The notes under the pieces are model-generated. The model did not search any database. It saw only the letters and a list, made by a program, of their open reading frames with translations, and was not told where the DNA came from. From contig CAWDML010000001.1 in NCBI GenBank assembly GCA_963803435.1, forward strand, positions 1,696,001 through 1,760,000: a DNA stretch of 64,000 bases, in the 5' to 3' direction. Shown here piece after piece: positions 49,510 to 59,650 of the stretch (position 1 is its first letter; every line of letters begins with the position of its first letter). The position numbers and the translations under genes are program-made. Origin of the DNA: an uncultured delta proteobacterium. Lineage in GTDB: Bacteria; Myxococcota; Kuafuiibacteriia; Kuafuiibacteriales; Kuafuiibacteriaceae.

Positions 49510-51666
49510 ATGAAGAACTTCATTGCCGTCCTGACCACCGGCGACCTGCGCCAGATGATCGGCCGGTATTCGGACGTCATCCTGGCCGGCCTGGTGATGA
49601 CCATCATCTCGATGCTCATCATCCCGCTGCCCTACTTCGCGCTGGATCTGCTGATCGTCCTCAACATCTCCATCTCCGTCCTCCTGCTCCTCCTGGCGAT
49701 GTACATCCCGAACGCGCTCCACCTGGCGTCGTTCCCGTCTCTGTTGCTGATCACCACGCTGTTCCGGCTGGCCCTCAACGTCTCCTCCACCCGGCTGATC
49801 CTGCTGACGGCCAAGGCCGGGGAGGTCATCCAGGCCTTCGGGAACTTCGTGGTGAAGGGCAACCTGGTGGTCGGCATCGTCATCTTCCTGATCCTCACCA
49901 TCATCCAGTTCCTGGTGATCACGAAGGGCGCCGAGCGCGTCGCCGAGGTGGCGGCCCGGTTCACCCTCGACGCCATGCCCGGCAAGCAGATGTCGATCGA
50001 CGCCGACCTTCGCGCCGGCGCCTTCGACATGGACGAGGCCCGGCGCAAGCGCAACGACCTCAACCGCGAGTCCCAGCTCTTCGGCTCCATGGACGGCGCC
50101 ATGAAGTTCGTGAAGGGCGACGCGATCGCGGGCCTGATCATCACGGCCATCAACATCGTCGCCGGCATCGTCATCGGCGTGCTGATGATGAAGATGAAGG
50201 CGGGCGAGGCGCTCAACGTCTTCGCGCTCCTCACCATCGGCGACGGCCTGGTCTCCCAGATCCCCGCGCTCCTCATCTCGATCACCGCCGGTCTGGTGGT
50301 GACGCGCGTGGCCTCGGAGGAGGAGTCGAACCACCTGGGCAAGGACATCTCCTTCCAGCTCCTCGGGCAGCCGCGCGCGTTCATCATCGCGGCGGTGCTC
50401 CTGACGCTGTTCGCCCTGGTGCCGGGCATGCCGGGGATCCCGTTCACGATCATGGCGGCGGCCACCGGGCTGATCGGCTACGGCCTCAACCGCACCGCGC
50501 GGCTGAAGGCGGAGGGCAAGCTGCAGCCGCTGCCCAACGCGCCGGCGTCGCAGGAAGAGGTGAAGGAGCAGCGCGACAAGCGCATCCAGGCGCAGCGCAT
50601 GCAGGAGGGCCAGTCGCAGCAGATGCTGCCGGTCGTCACGCCGATCGCGCTGGAGGTGGCGGCCGACCTGATCCCGCTGGTCGAGGACACCGGCGACGGC
50701 TCCAAGTTCCTCGGCGAGATGATCCCGATGATGCGCGACGGCCTCTTCTACGAGCTGGGCGTGCGCTTCCCCGGCATCCGCGTCCGCGGCAACGAGACCG
50801 ACATGCCGCCGGGCAGCTACCTGATCATGATCAACGAGATCCCGCTGGTCATGGGCACCGTCTCTCAGGAGAAGGTGCTGGTGAACGACACGGTCGAGCG
50901 CCTCCGGCTCCTCAACATCGAGGGCGAGCCGGCGACCAACCCGGCCAACGGGAACGAGTGCGCCTGGATCGACATCCAGTACCAGGAGGTCGCGGAGCAG
51001 GCCGGCCTCACCACCTGGGATGCGGCCGGGTACATCGTGCTCCACCTCTCGAGCGTGCTCCGCAAGAACGGCGCCGAGTTCGTCGGGATCCAGGAGACGA
51101 TGAACATGCTCGAGCAGCTCGAGCAGGCCTTCCCGGCGCTGGTGAAGGAGACCGTGCCGAAGGTGGTGTCACCGTTCCAGCTCACGGACATCCTCCGCCG
51201 CCTGATCGAGGAGGAGATCTCGATCCGCGACCTGCGATCGATCCTGCAGGCCCTCGCCGAGTGGGGTCAGGTCGAGCACGACACCGTCATGCTGACGGAG
51301 TACGTGCGCGCCGCGCTCAAGCGCTACATCAGCCACAAGTACACGCGCGGTCAGAACACCCTGATCGTCTATCTCTTGGACCCGCAGATCGAAGAGACCG
51401 TGCGGTCCTCGATCCAGCACACCTCGAGCGGCTCGTACCTGGCGCTGGAGCCGGAGATCACGCAGGAGATCCTGAGCGCGGTCCGGACCGAGGTCGGCTC
51501 GCTGCCACCGACGGCCCAGAATCCGGTGATCCTGACCACCATGGAGATCCGACGGTATTTCCGGAAGCTGGTCGAGCTCGAGTTCCCGCACCTGGCGGTG
51601 CTCTCCTATCAGGAGCTCTCGCCGGACATGAACATCCAGCCGATCGCCCGTATCAGCCTCGAGTAG
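49510..51666 (+). CDS. sctV: Major export apparatus protein SctV/FlhA
   Basis: RVAEVAARFTLDAMPGKQMSIDADL, MDGAMKFVKGDAIAG, EEISIRDLRSIL, VLSYQEL; ATG 49510 preferred over 49471. Confidence 0.96.
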   Translation: MKNFIAVLTTGDLRQMIGRYSDVILAGLVMTIISMLIIPLPYFALDLLIVLNISISVLLLLLAMYIPNALHLASFPSLLLITTLFRLALNVSSTRLILLTAKAGEVIQAFGNFVVKGNLVVGIVIFLILTIIQFLVITKGAERVAEVAARFTLDAMPGKQMSIDADLRAGAFDMDEARRKRNDLNRESQLFGSMDGAMKFVKGDAIAGLIITAINIVAGIVIGVLMMKMKAGEALNVFALLTIGDGLVSQIPALLISITAGLVVTRVASEEESNHLGKDISFQLLGQPRAFIIAAVLLTLFALVPGMPGIPFTIMAAATGLIGYGLNRTARLKAEGKLQPLPNAPASQEEVKEQRDKRIQAQRMQEGQSQQMLPVVTPIALEVAADLIPLVEDTGDGSKFLGEMIPMMRDGLFYELGVRFPGIRVRGNETDMPPGSYLIMINEIPLVMGTVSQEKVLVNDTVERLRLLNIEGEPATNPANGNECAWIDIQYQEVAEQAGLTTWDAAGYIVLHLSSVLRKNGAEFVGIQETMNMLEQLEQAFPALVKETVPKVVSPFQLTDILRRLIEEEISIRDLRSILQALAEWGQVEHDTVMLTEYVRAALKRYISHKYTRGQNTLIVYLLDPQIEETVRSSIQHTSSGSYLALEPEITQEILSAVRTEVGSLPPTAQNPVILTTMEIRRYFRKLVELEFPHLAVLSYQELSPDMNIQPIARISLE

Positions 51667-51708
51667 CGCTGGATTATTCCTCGACGGCCTCGTAGCTTTC
51701 CTCTCCTC

Positions 51709-54363
51709 ATGAGACCGCTCACGACCGCGGAGATCCGCCGTACGTTCCTCGACTACTTCAAGGAGCGGGGGCACGCCGAAGTTGCGTCGAGCTCCCTGGT
51801 CCCCGCCAACGACCCCACGCTCCTGTTCACCAACGCGGGCATGGTGCAGTTCAAGGACGTCTTCACCGGCAAGGAGACACGGAGCTACACCCGCGCGACC
51901 AGCTCGCAGAAGTGCGTGCGCGCCGGCGGCAAGCACAACGATCTGGAGAACGTGGGATACACGCCCAGGCACCACACCTTCTTCGAGATGCTCGGCAACT
52001 TCTCGTTCGGAGATTACTTCAAGAAGGACGCGATCGACTTCGCCTGGGAGTTCCTCACCAAGGTGGTCGAGATCCCAATGTCGTCGCTGAGCGTGACGGT
52101 GTTCAAGGGCGAGGACGGGATCCCGGCGGACGACGAGGCGGCGGAGCACTGGTTGCGGGTCGGGGTGCCGAAGGATCGGATCTTCCGCCTGGGGAAGAAG
52201 GACAACTACTGGCAGATGGCGGACACCGGGCCGCAAGGGCCGTGCACCGAGATCCACTTCTGGACCCGGGGCGGCACGCCGAACGCCACGCTCGAGGCGG
52301 TCGAGCGCTCCGACGGCTGGACCGAGATCTGGAACCTGGTGTTCATGCAGTTCGTGAAGGAGACCGCGGAGGGGCCGCTCGAGAAGCTGCCCAAGCCGTG
52401 CGTCGACACCGGGATGGGGCTGGAGCGGCTGGCGACGGTGCTCCAGGGCAAGACCACCAATTACGACATCGACCTGTTCCTGGGCATCCTGACGAAGATC
52501 GGCGAGATGGCCGGCAAGCCCTACGGCGAGACCGAGGAGGACGACATCTCCATGCGGGTCATCGCAGACCATGCGCGGGCGACGGCGTTCCTGATCGCGG
52601 ACGGCGTGCAGCCCTCCACCGGCAAGCGTGAGTACGTGCTGCGGCGGATCATGCGGCGCGCGATCCGCCATGGGCGCCGGATCGGCTTCGACGACCTGTT
52701 CCTCGACGAGGCCTGCCTGGCGGTGGTGAGCGCGATGGAGGAGCCGTACCCGGAGCTGCGTCGCGCCGCTCCGCTGATCGAGAAGGTGGTCCAGGGCGAG
52801 GAGACCCTCTTCCGGCGCACGCTCGACGGCGGGATCAAGCGCGTGATGCAGTCGATCGAGGACGCCAAGGAGAAGGGCGAGACCGCGCTCGCGCCCGAGA
52901 TCGTCGCGGATCTCTACGACACGCACGGCTTCCCGATCGATCTGTCGCGGGTGATCGCGACCGAGAACGGGCTCTCGGTGGACGAGGAGGCGGCCGCGCG
53001 GGAGCTGGAGGGGCGGCAGAAGAAGAGCCGGCAGTCCGGCGGCGACATCTCGGGCGAGAAGGCCATCGAGAAGATCTGGTTCGACGTGAAGGCCGAGGTG
53101 GGCCCGACCAAGTTCCTCGGGTACGAGCTCGACGACGCCGACGCCGACGTGAAGGTGCTGGTGGTGGACGGCCGGAAGGTGGACTCGGCGGGAAAAGGGA
53201 GCACGGTGCAGATCGTCCTCGACCAGACCCCGTTTTACGGTGAGGCCGGCGGCCAGGTCGGGGACACCGGCGAGATCGGATCGGGGCATGGACGCGTGCG
53301 GATCGTCGAGACCCGGAAGCCGCTCCCGGATCTGGTGGTGCACCTCGGTGAGGTGGTCGAGGGCGAGGTCGCGGTCCACGTGCCCGTGTGGGCGCGCGTC
53401 GATGCGGAGAAGCGGGACCAGACCCGGCGCAACCACTCGGCGACGCACCTGCTCCACCTGGCGCTCAAGGAGGTCCTGGGCGAGCACGTGCAGCAGAAGG
53501 GCTCGCTGGTGGCGCCGGATCGGCTCCGCTTCGACTACTCGCACTTCGAGCGCCTGACGCCGGACGAGATCGCGAGGGTCGAGCGCCGCGTGAACGAGAT
53601 GGTGCTTGAGAACGTGCCGACCGGGACCAAGCTCGGCTCGCTCGAGGACGCGAAGAAGGAAGGCGCGGTGATGCTCTTCGGCGAGAAGTACGGCGATGAG
53701 GTTCGCATGGTACGGATCGCCGACTCGATGGAGCTGTGCGGAGGGACGCACGTCGCGCGCTCGGGAGACATCGGGCTGTTCAAGATCACCGGCGACGACT
53801 CGATCGCGTCCGGCATCCGCCGGCTCGAAGCGGTCACCGGGATGAACGCGGTCGCGTGGGTGCAGGCGCAGGAGGCGGCGATCAAGGAGGCGGCCGGCGC
53901 GCTGAAGACGACGCCCGAGGAGCTGGCGGCGCGGATCCAGAAGCTGGTCGACCGGAGCAAGACACTCGAGCGGGATCTGGAGCAGGCGCAGACGGCGCTC
54001 GCGATGTCCGGCGGCCCGCGCGAGGACGCCGGGCCCGAGGAGATCGGCGGGATCCCGGTGCTCTTCAAGCGCGCGGATGGCACGCCGAAGAACGCGCTGC
54101 GGCAGCTCGCCGATCAGTTCCGCGACAAGCTGGGATCCGGCGTCGTGGTGCTGACGGCGCAGGACGGCGACCGCGCGACGCTCCTGGTGGCCGCCACGAA
54201 GGATGTCACCGGGAGGGTCAGCGCGGGAACACTGGTGAAAGTCGGTTCAGAGGCGATGGGCGGCAAGGGCGGCGGAAAGCCGGATTTCGCCCAAGGAGGG
54301 GGTGAAGCGGCCAAGCTCGAGGCCGGGCTGGAGGCGGTCCGCGAGGCGCTCCGGGCGCTGTAG
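51709..54363 (+). CDS. alaS: Alanine--tRNA ligase
   Basis: DPTLLFTNAGM, HHTFFEMLGNFSFGDYFK, NHSATHLLH, ELCGGTHV, GGGKPDFAQGGG. Confidence 0.98.
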   Translation: MRPLTTAEIRRTFLDYFKERGHAEVASSSLVPANDPTLLFTNAGMVQFKDVFTGKETRSYTRATSSQKCVRAGGKHNDLENVGYTPRHHTFFEMLGNFSFGDYFKKDAIDFAWEFLTKVVEIPMSSLSVTVFKGEDGIPADDEAAEHWLRVGVPKDRIFRLGKKDNYWQMADTGPQGPCTEIHFWTRGGTPNATLEAVERSDGWTEIWNLVFMQFVKETAEGPLEKLPKPCVDTGMGLERLATVLQGKTTNYDIDLFLGILTKIGEMAGKPYGETEEDDISMRVIADHARATAFLIADGVQPSTGKREYVLRRIMRRAIRHGRRIGFDDLFLDEACLAVVSAMEEPYPELRRAAPLIEKVVQGEETLFRRTLDGGIKRVMQSIEDAKEKGETALAPEIVADLYDTHGFPIDLSRVIATENGLSVDEEAAARELEGRQKKSRQSGGDISGEKAIEKIWFDVKAEVGPTKFLGYELDDADADVKVLVVDGRKVDSAGKGSTVQIVLDQTPFYGEAGGQVGDTGEIGSGHGRVRIVETRKPLPDLVVHLGEVVEGEVAVHVPVWARVDAEKRDQTRRNHSATHLLHLALKEVLGEHVQQKGSLVAPDRLRFDYSHFERLTPDEIARVERRVNEMVLENVPTGTKLGSLEDAKKEGAVMLFGEKYGDEVRMVRIADSMELCGGTHVARSGDIGLFKITGDDSIASGIRRLEAVTGMNAVAWVQAQEAAIKEAAGALKTTPEELAARIQKLVDRSKTLERDLEQAQTALAMSGGPREDAGPEEIGGIPVLFKRADGTPKNALRQLADQFRDKLGSGVVVLTAQDGDRATLLVAATKDVTGRVSAGTLVKVGSEAMGGKGGGKPDFAQGGGEAAKLEAGLEAVREALRAL

Positions 54364-54430
54364 GAACGTCTCATACTTCGGGCCTCCAACAAGTTCTCGC
54401 ACGGCCCGAGCCGCGGTATGGTTGCCCGGC

Positions 54431-57400
54431 GTGTCCCAGTCGTCCGACACCGTATCGCTGCGGATCACGCTTCGATACAAAAACCTCGACGAGTTCGTGG
54501 ATCGCTACGCGGAGAACGTCTCCGCGGCCGGTCTGTTCATCCGCACCAAGTCGCCGAAGCCGACGGGCACCAAGATCCGGTTCGAGCTCCTCCTCGCCGA
54601 CGGCAGCCGCGCGCTGCGCGGCGAGGGCGTCGTGGTCACCATCCGCAAGGAGGAGCGGCCGGGCATGGCCCTTCGGTTCAACCAGCTCGATCCCGAGTCG
54701 CAAGAGGTGATCGACAAGGTGGTGGCGGCCCACGGCCAGGGCACGCTCGCACCGACACCACTCTCGACCACGTTCGCTCGTGCGCCCTCGACGCTCTCCG
54801 AGCCGCGGCGGCTCTCGTCGATCCCGGGGTGGCGTCCGACGGCCGGGCCGACGGCCTGGTCGAGCGAGCGGACACCGACCTCGCCGGTCCTGCCCCGAAA
54901 CCCGTCGCGCGTGTTCGACCAGGCCTCCAAGCCGATCGCAGCACCTCGGACCCCGTCGGGCGAAGGCCTCCGGCAGGCGCTCCCGCGCCGGCGATCCTCG
55001 GTCTCGCGACCGTGGGCCCTCAAAGGTCCGGGAGAGACGACGGATCGGATTCGACTGCGCGATCCCAACCCCAAGTTCGGGCGGGACGAGGACGAGGGGC
55101 TGCCGGCCGATCACACGGAGCGGATCGACGCTCTGGAGGAGTCGAACGGTCGCGACGCCGACCGCACCGAGCGCGTCGACGTCCGCCCGTTCGCGTTCAC
55201 GCGCACCAACCCACTCGAGACGGATCCGATGTCGGAGTCCGGCTCCCTCGAGGAGACGCCGCCGATCACCATCTCCGAGAAGGCGCCGCTCCGCTTCCCG
55301 AACGAGCGCGGTGAGTCGCTGACCCAGGAGATCGCCGAGGCGGTGATCGACGCCGCCGAGACCGCGGAGCCGGCCCGGCTGGGTACGGCGCAGATCGACA
55401 TGCGCGATCTGGACGCCGAGGCCGTGGTCCGGCCCGCAGAGGTCAAGCCGCCATTCGCGGGAGGAACCTGGGCCGACGCCATCGGCGACGCGGACGCCGC
55501 CGACGAGCCCCTCCGCATGGACGCGCACCGCGTCGGGACCGGCGCGGCGCTCGACGGCCCCAACCACACCGGCGCCAAACTCCCAGGCGCTACGGGCGAC
55601 GGCATCGAGGCGGACACCGCCCCGGGGTTCGAGCATGCACCCGAGGCAATCGTCGCCGAAGCGGACGACGACGCAGAGGCGCAGCGCACGGCCGAGATTG
55701 CACGCGAGGAAGAGGAGTGGCGCGAGGCCGAACAACGGCTGCAGGCAGAGGTCGAGGAACGAGACGCGCGTGCCGACGACGGGATGCACGTCGCAGAGGC
55801 GGAAGGCTTCGCCGAGGCCGAGGGCGCCCACCTCACGGGCGGCGTGCGCCGGGCCGACGAAGAGAGACCCCTCGAAGAAGAACCCCGCGCCCCTGAGGCG
55901 CACGGCGATGAGGAGCGACCCGGAGAAGAACGGGGCGCAGCAGAAGCGGCGCGAGCCCAGGATCGACTCGAGGATGAGCGCCGGGCCGACGAAGAGGCGC
56001 GACTCCAGAAAGAGCGCCGGGCCGACGAGCGCCGGGCCGAAGAGGCGCGACTCGAAGAAGAAGAGCGGCGCGCCGAGGAGGAGGCGCGGCTCGACGATCA
56101 GCGCCTCGCCGAGGAGCGCCGGGCCGAAGAAGAGGCGCGGCTCGTCGATCAACGCCGCGCAGAAGAAGAGGCGCGACTCCAGGAAGAACGGCGCGCAGAA
56201 GAAGAGGCGCGACTCGTCGATCAACGCCGCGCAGAAGAGCGCCGGGCAGAAGAAGAGGCGCGGCTCGTCGATCAACGCCACGCCGAAGAGCAGGCGCGAC
56301 TCGACGATCAGCGCCGCGCAGAAGAAGAGGCGCGGCTCCGAGAAGAACGGCGCGCAGAAGAAGAGGCGCGACTCGACGATCAGCGTCGCGCCGAAGAAGA
56401 GGCGCGACTCGACGATCAGCGCCGCGCAGAAGAAGAGGCGCGGCTCCGTGAAGAACGGCGCGCCGAAGAAGAGGCGCGACTCGAGGATCAGCGCCGCGCC
56501 GAGGAGCGCCGCGCAGAAGAAGAGGCGCGACTCGACGACGAGCGCCGCGCCGAAGAAGAGGCGCGACTCGACGACGAGCGCCGCGCCGAAGAAGAGGCTC
56601 GACGCGACGAGGAGCGCCGCGCCCAGGAAGAGGCGCGCCGTGCTGATGCGCGCCGGCCCGACGAGCGCCGCGCCGAGGAAGAGGCGCGACTCGACGACGA
56701 GCGGCAGGGCCTGGCCGCCGCGAGCGAGAGTCCGGGCGAGGGAACGCTGCTGCACCCGGCCAGCCCTGCTGCCGAAGCGCCGTCGGAGGAGGCGCTCGAC
56801 GATGACGCGTGGTGGGAGGCGGAAGCGCGCCTGGTCACGGAGGGGCCGCCGACCATCGTCGATGAAGAGCCGGACGACGACGACGTCGAGGCCGAGGGCA
56901 CGCCCGATCTGGCGCGGGCCGCAGCCCGGGAGGCCGAGTCGCTCCCTTCGTCCGAGCCGTCGCTCCTCGACCCCGACGCCCCGCTGCGGGCGCCCTTCGA
57001 GCCGCTCGAGACCGAGGCGCCCGAGCCGTTCGATCCGATCTCCGCCGGCGAGCTGATGGCCGACGACGAGGCCGTCGGGGCCTCGCCCGCAGACGCTCCG
57101 TATGCGTGGCAACCCCCGGCGCCCGAGGGGCCGACCACGCCGAGTCCGTACCCTCCCCTCGAGCCGTTCGACGCGCGCGAGCCCGAGGTGCCGGCCGCGT
57201 CGGCGGACGAGGCGGCCGCCGCGATCGCCGCCGCGGCGCAGGGCGAAGCCGAGACCCATGCGCCGTCGTCGTTCCACGAAGAGATCACGGACGAGTCCCA
57301 CTCCCAGACCCCGGTCACCGCACACGCTGCGGAGTCCGCCACCGAGGTGGTCGAACCGCTCGACGCCCGGGTGACCCCGGCGGCCGCCGCCGAGGTCAGC

Positions 57401-59243
57401 GTCACCGGAGTCGACGCATCGCGCCGGGCCAAGAGCGATCCGAGCAGCGTGCGGCGGAGGCTCTCGAGCGCGCCCAGGGTGATCGTGGAGCGCGGCTCCG
57501 GCGCCACCGATGCGGGCGAGGCCCGCCGGCACGCCGACGCCGCGTTCAGCGAGGAAGCGACGCTCGTGCCCCCCGAGCAGCGTGCAGCGGAGGAGGCACG
57601 GCCGGGCCCGATCGCCGGGAGGTCCCTGGAGCTCGGGACCGGTGATCTCGGCGGCGATCGGATCGTCGGTATCGACCTGGGCGGTCGCTGGATCCGGATC
57701 GGCGTGATCGACAAGAACGAGCTCGAGCTGATCCCGGTGGGCGACGCGGTCTACGTCCCGGCGCTGGCCGCGATCCGGCGTGACGGAAGCCTCGCCTTCG
57801 GCAGCAAGGCGCTGGCGATCACCGCCGAGCATCCGTCGCGGGGAGTCTCGCCGCGCGACGTGCTCCACGCGCTCGCCCCGGGCGCCGTGAACCCGAACCG
57901 CGCTGGAGCCTCGCGGATCCGCTCGTACGAGGGCGGGAGCGCGCTGCTCGAGATCGGCGATCAAACGCTCTCACTGCACGAGCTGATGGTGTCGTTCTTC
58001 CGCTGGCTGCGCTCGGCCGTCGAGGAACACCTGCACACCACTGCCTTCCGGGCGATGATCTCCGTCCCGCACGATCTCGACCCGGAGGCGCGCATGATGA
58101 TGAAGCGGGCCTGCACCGACGCGGGCCTTCGCATCGCCCGCCTGGAGTCGGAGCCGAACGCCGCCATCCGCGCCTACAACCTCTTCGAACGCCCGGTGGA
58201 CCACGCTCTGCTGGTGGACTTCGGCGCCTCGCACCTGGCGATCGCGCTCTTGAAGCGCGGCCGCGAGACGTTCGGGATCGCCGGACACGAGTGGTTCGAC
58301 GACCTGTCCGCGCGCGACCTCGACAGCCGCGTCGCGGACCTCACGCTCGAGGAGCTCAAGGTCCAGGCCGGGGAGGATCACACGCAAGATCCGATTGCGA
58401 AGGAGCGCTTGATCGAGGCCGCCGAGAAGGCGCGGCTGGACATTCGCCGCGCGCCGACGATCGAGCTCAAGGTGACGTTGCACGCGCCCGGCGGCGCAGC
58501 GGGCGTCGGCGTCGAACGAACGATCAACCTCCCCCGCAGCCGCATCTACCAGATGACCGAGCAGCTGATCGGCGAGATCTGCGCGCGCGCGCAGCGGCTC
58601 TCGCGCGAGGGTGGCGTCGATCCGCGAGCCCTCGGGGCGATCCTCATCGCCGGCAGTGGAGGCACGTACCCTCCGCTGGTGCAGTCGCTCCAGAACCTCA
58701 CCAGCATCGAGCCGCTGCAGAGCATTCCTCCGTCCCAACTCTTCGCCCATGGCCTCGCGCGCAGCGGCCTGGCGCTCGAGCGCCAGGAGAGCGCTGCCCG
58801 CTCGGGCGCGCTCGAGGCCTCGATCGGCCTAGAGCTCCCCGGCGGCCGCTTCCGCGCGCTGCTCAACGCCGGCGACAAGCTCCCGGCGCGGCTGATCCGA
58901 CCCTTCCCGACCCGCGACGGGCAGTCCGAGGTCGACCTCCGCCTCTATCAGGGCGACGCCGAGTTCGTCCGCTCGTGCCGATCCCCTGGGCGCCCTCCAC
59001 CTGGCCGGACTCCCGCGGCAACATCCAAAGGTCGAGATGGAGATGACGGTCGACAACGAGGGCGTGCTCGAGGTGACGCTCCGCGAGACCTCGAGCGGCG
59101 CCTCCGAGCGTCTGATGGTGGCGACCCAGCAGACCCCCGACGCGAAGAAGAAGGGCATTGCGCCGCAACCACAGCTCCAGCCCGAAGCCGCCAAGAAGCC
59201 CCAAAAGAGCGGCTTCCTCTCCCGCCTCTTCGGCCGCCGCTAA
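54431..59243 (+). CDS. TIGR02266/PilZ-like domain, long acidic/charged linker and degenerate Hsp70 domain; frameshift near 58985
   Basis: NVSAAGLFIRT...KIRFELLL; ERRAEEEARL repeats; GIDLGG, ISVP, SEPNAA, VDFG; Hsp70-like tail LGALHLAGLP...MTVDNEGVLEV in a shifted frame ending at 59243. Confidence 0.8.
55975..56705 (+). repeat. Intragenic ~36-bp tandem repeat (about 18 units, RRAEEEARLxxx)
   Basis: CGCCGCGCAGAAGAAGAGGCGCGACTC-type units in tandem. Confidence 0.9.
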
Positions 59244-59650
59244 TACCGTGCAGTGAGGTGGAGCGTGCGATCGCCCGCGAGGTCGATCACCGCCTTCTCG
59301 AAGGGCGGGGGGCCCATCGAGCCCTGCGCGTCGTTGCCGAAGCCGTAGCCTTCCTTGGGAACGCCGAAGAAGTTGGTGTCGAGCTTTAGATTGTCGTTCT
59401 CGTCGTGGATGAAGCTGACCGCGTACTTCCCGGGCGCCAGACCCGAGAAGACGCAGGTGGCGTGATCTCCTTCGATCTTCGCCGACGCGCTCATTCGCGC
59501 GCGTCCGGGGTCCTTGGGAAAGCCTTCAGCACGATCGAACACCAGACAGCGGACCGTGCCCTTGTCACTGTGCAGGCCGGTGATCTCCACGCGGAGGGAG
59601 GGCGCGGCCGCGAGCGTGAGCAGTCCCAAGAGTGTCAGAGCGCTAGACAT
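59240..59650 (-). CDS. DUF2141 family protein
   Basis: PGKYAVSFIHDENDNLKLDTNFFGVPKEGYGFGN, GPPPFEKA. Confidence 0.85.
   Translation of the reverse strand: MSSALTLLGLLTLAAAPSLRVEITGLHSDKGTVRCLVFDRAEGFPKDPGRARMSASAKIEGDHATCVFSGLAPGKYAVSFIHDENDNLKLDTNFFGVPKEGYGFGNDAQGSMGPPPFEKAVIDLAGDRTLHLTARY

Noticed and set aside
32104-51666. Ordinary flagellar gene cluster
   Set aside because: No fliF/fliG, rod, hook, flagellin or mot genes in the window, and SycD-type chaperones are present; phylogeny is still needed to exclude it fully
55975-56705. CRISPR array
   Set aside because: Units are degenerate, in frame and contiguous, with no unique spacers and no cas genes
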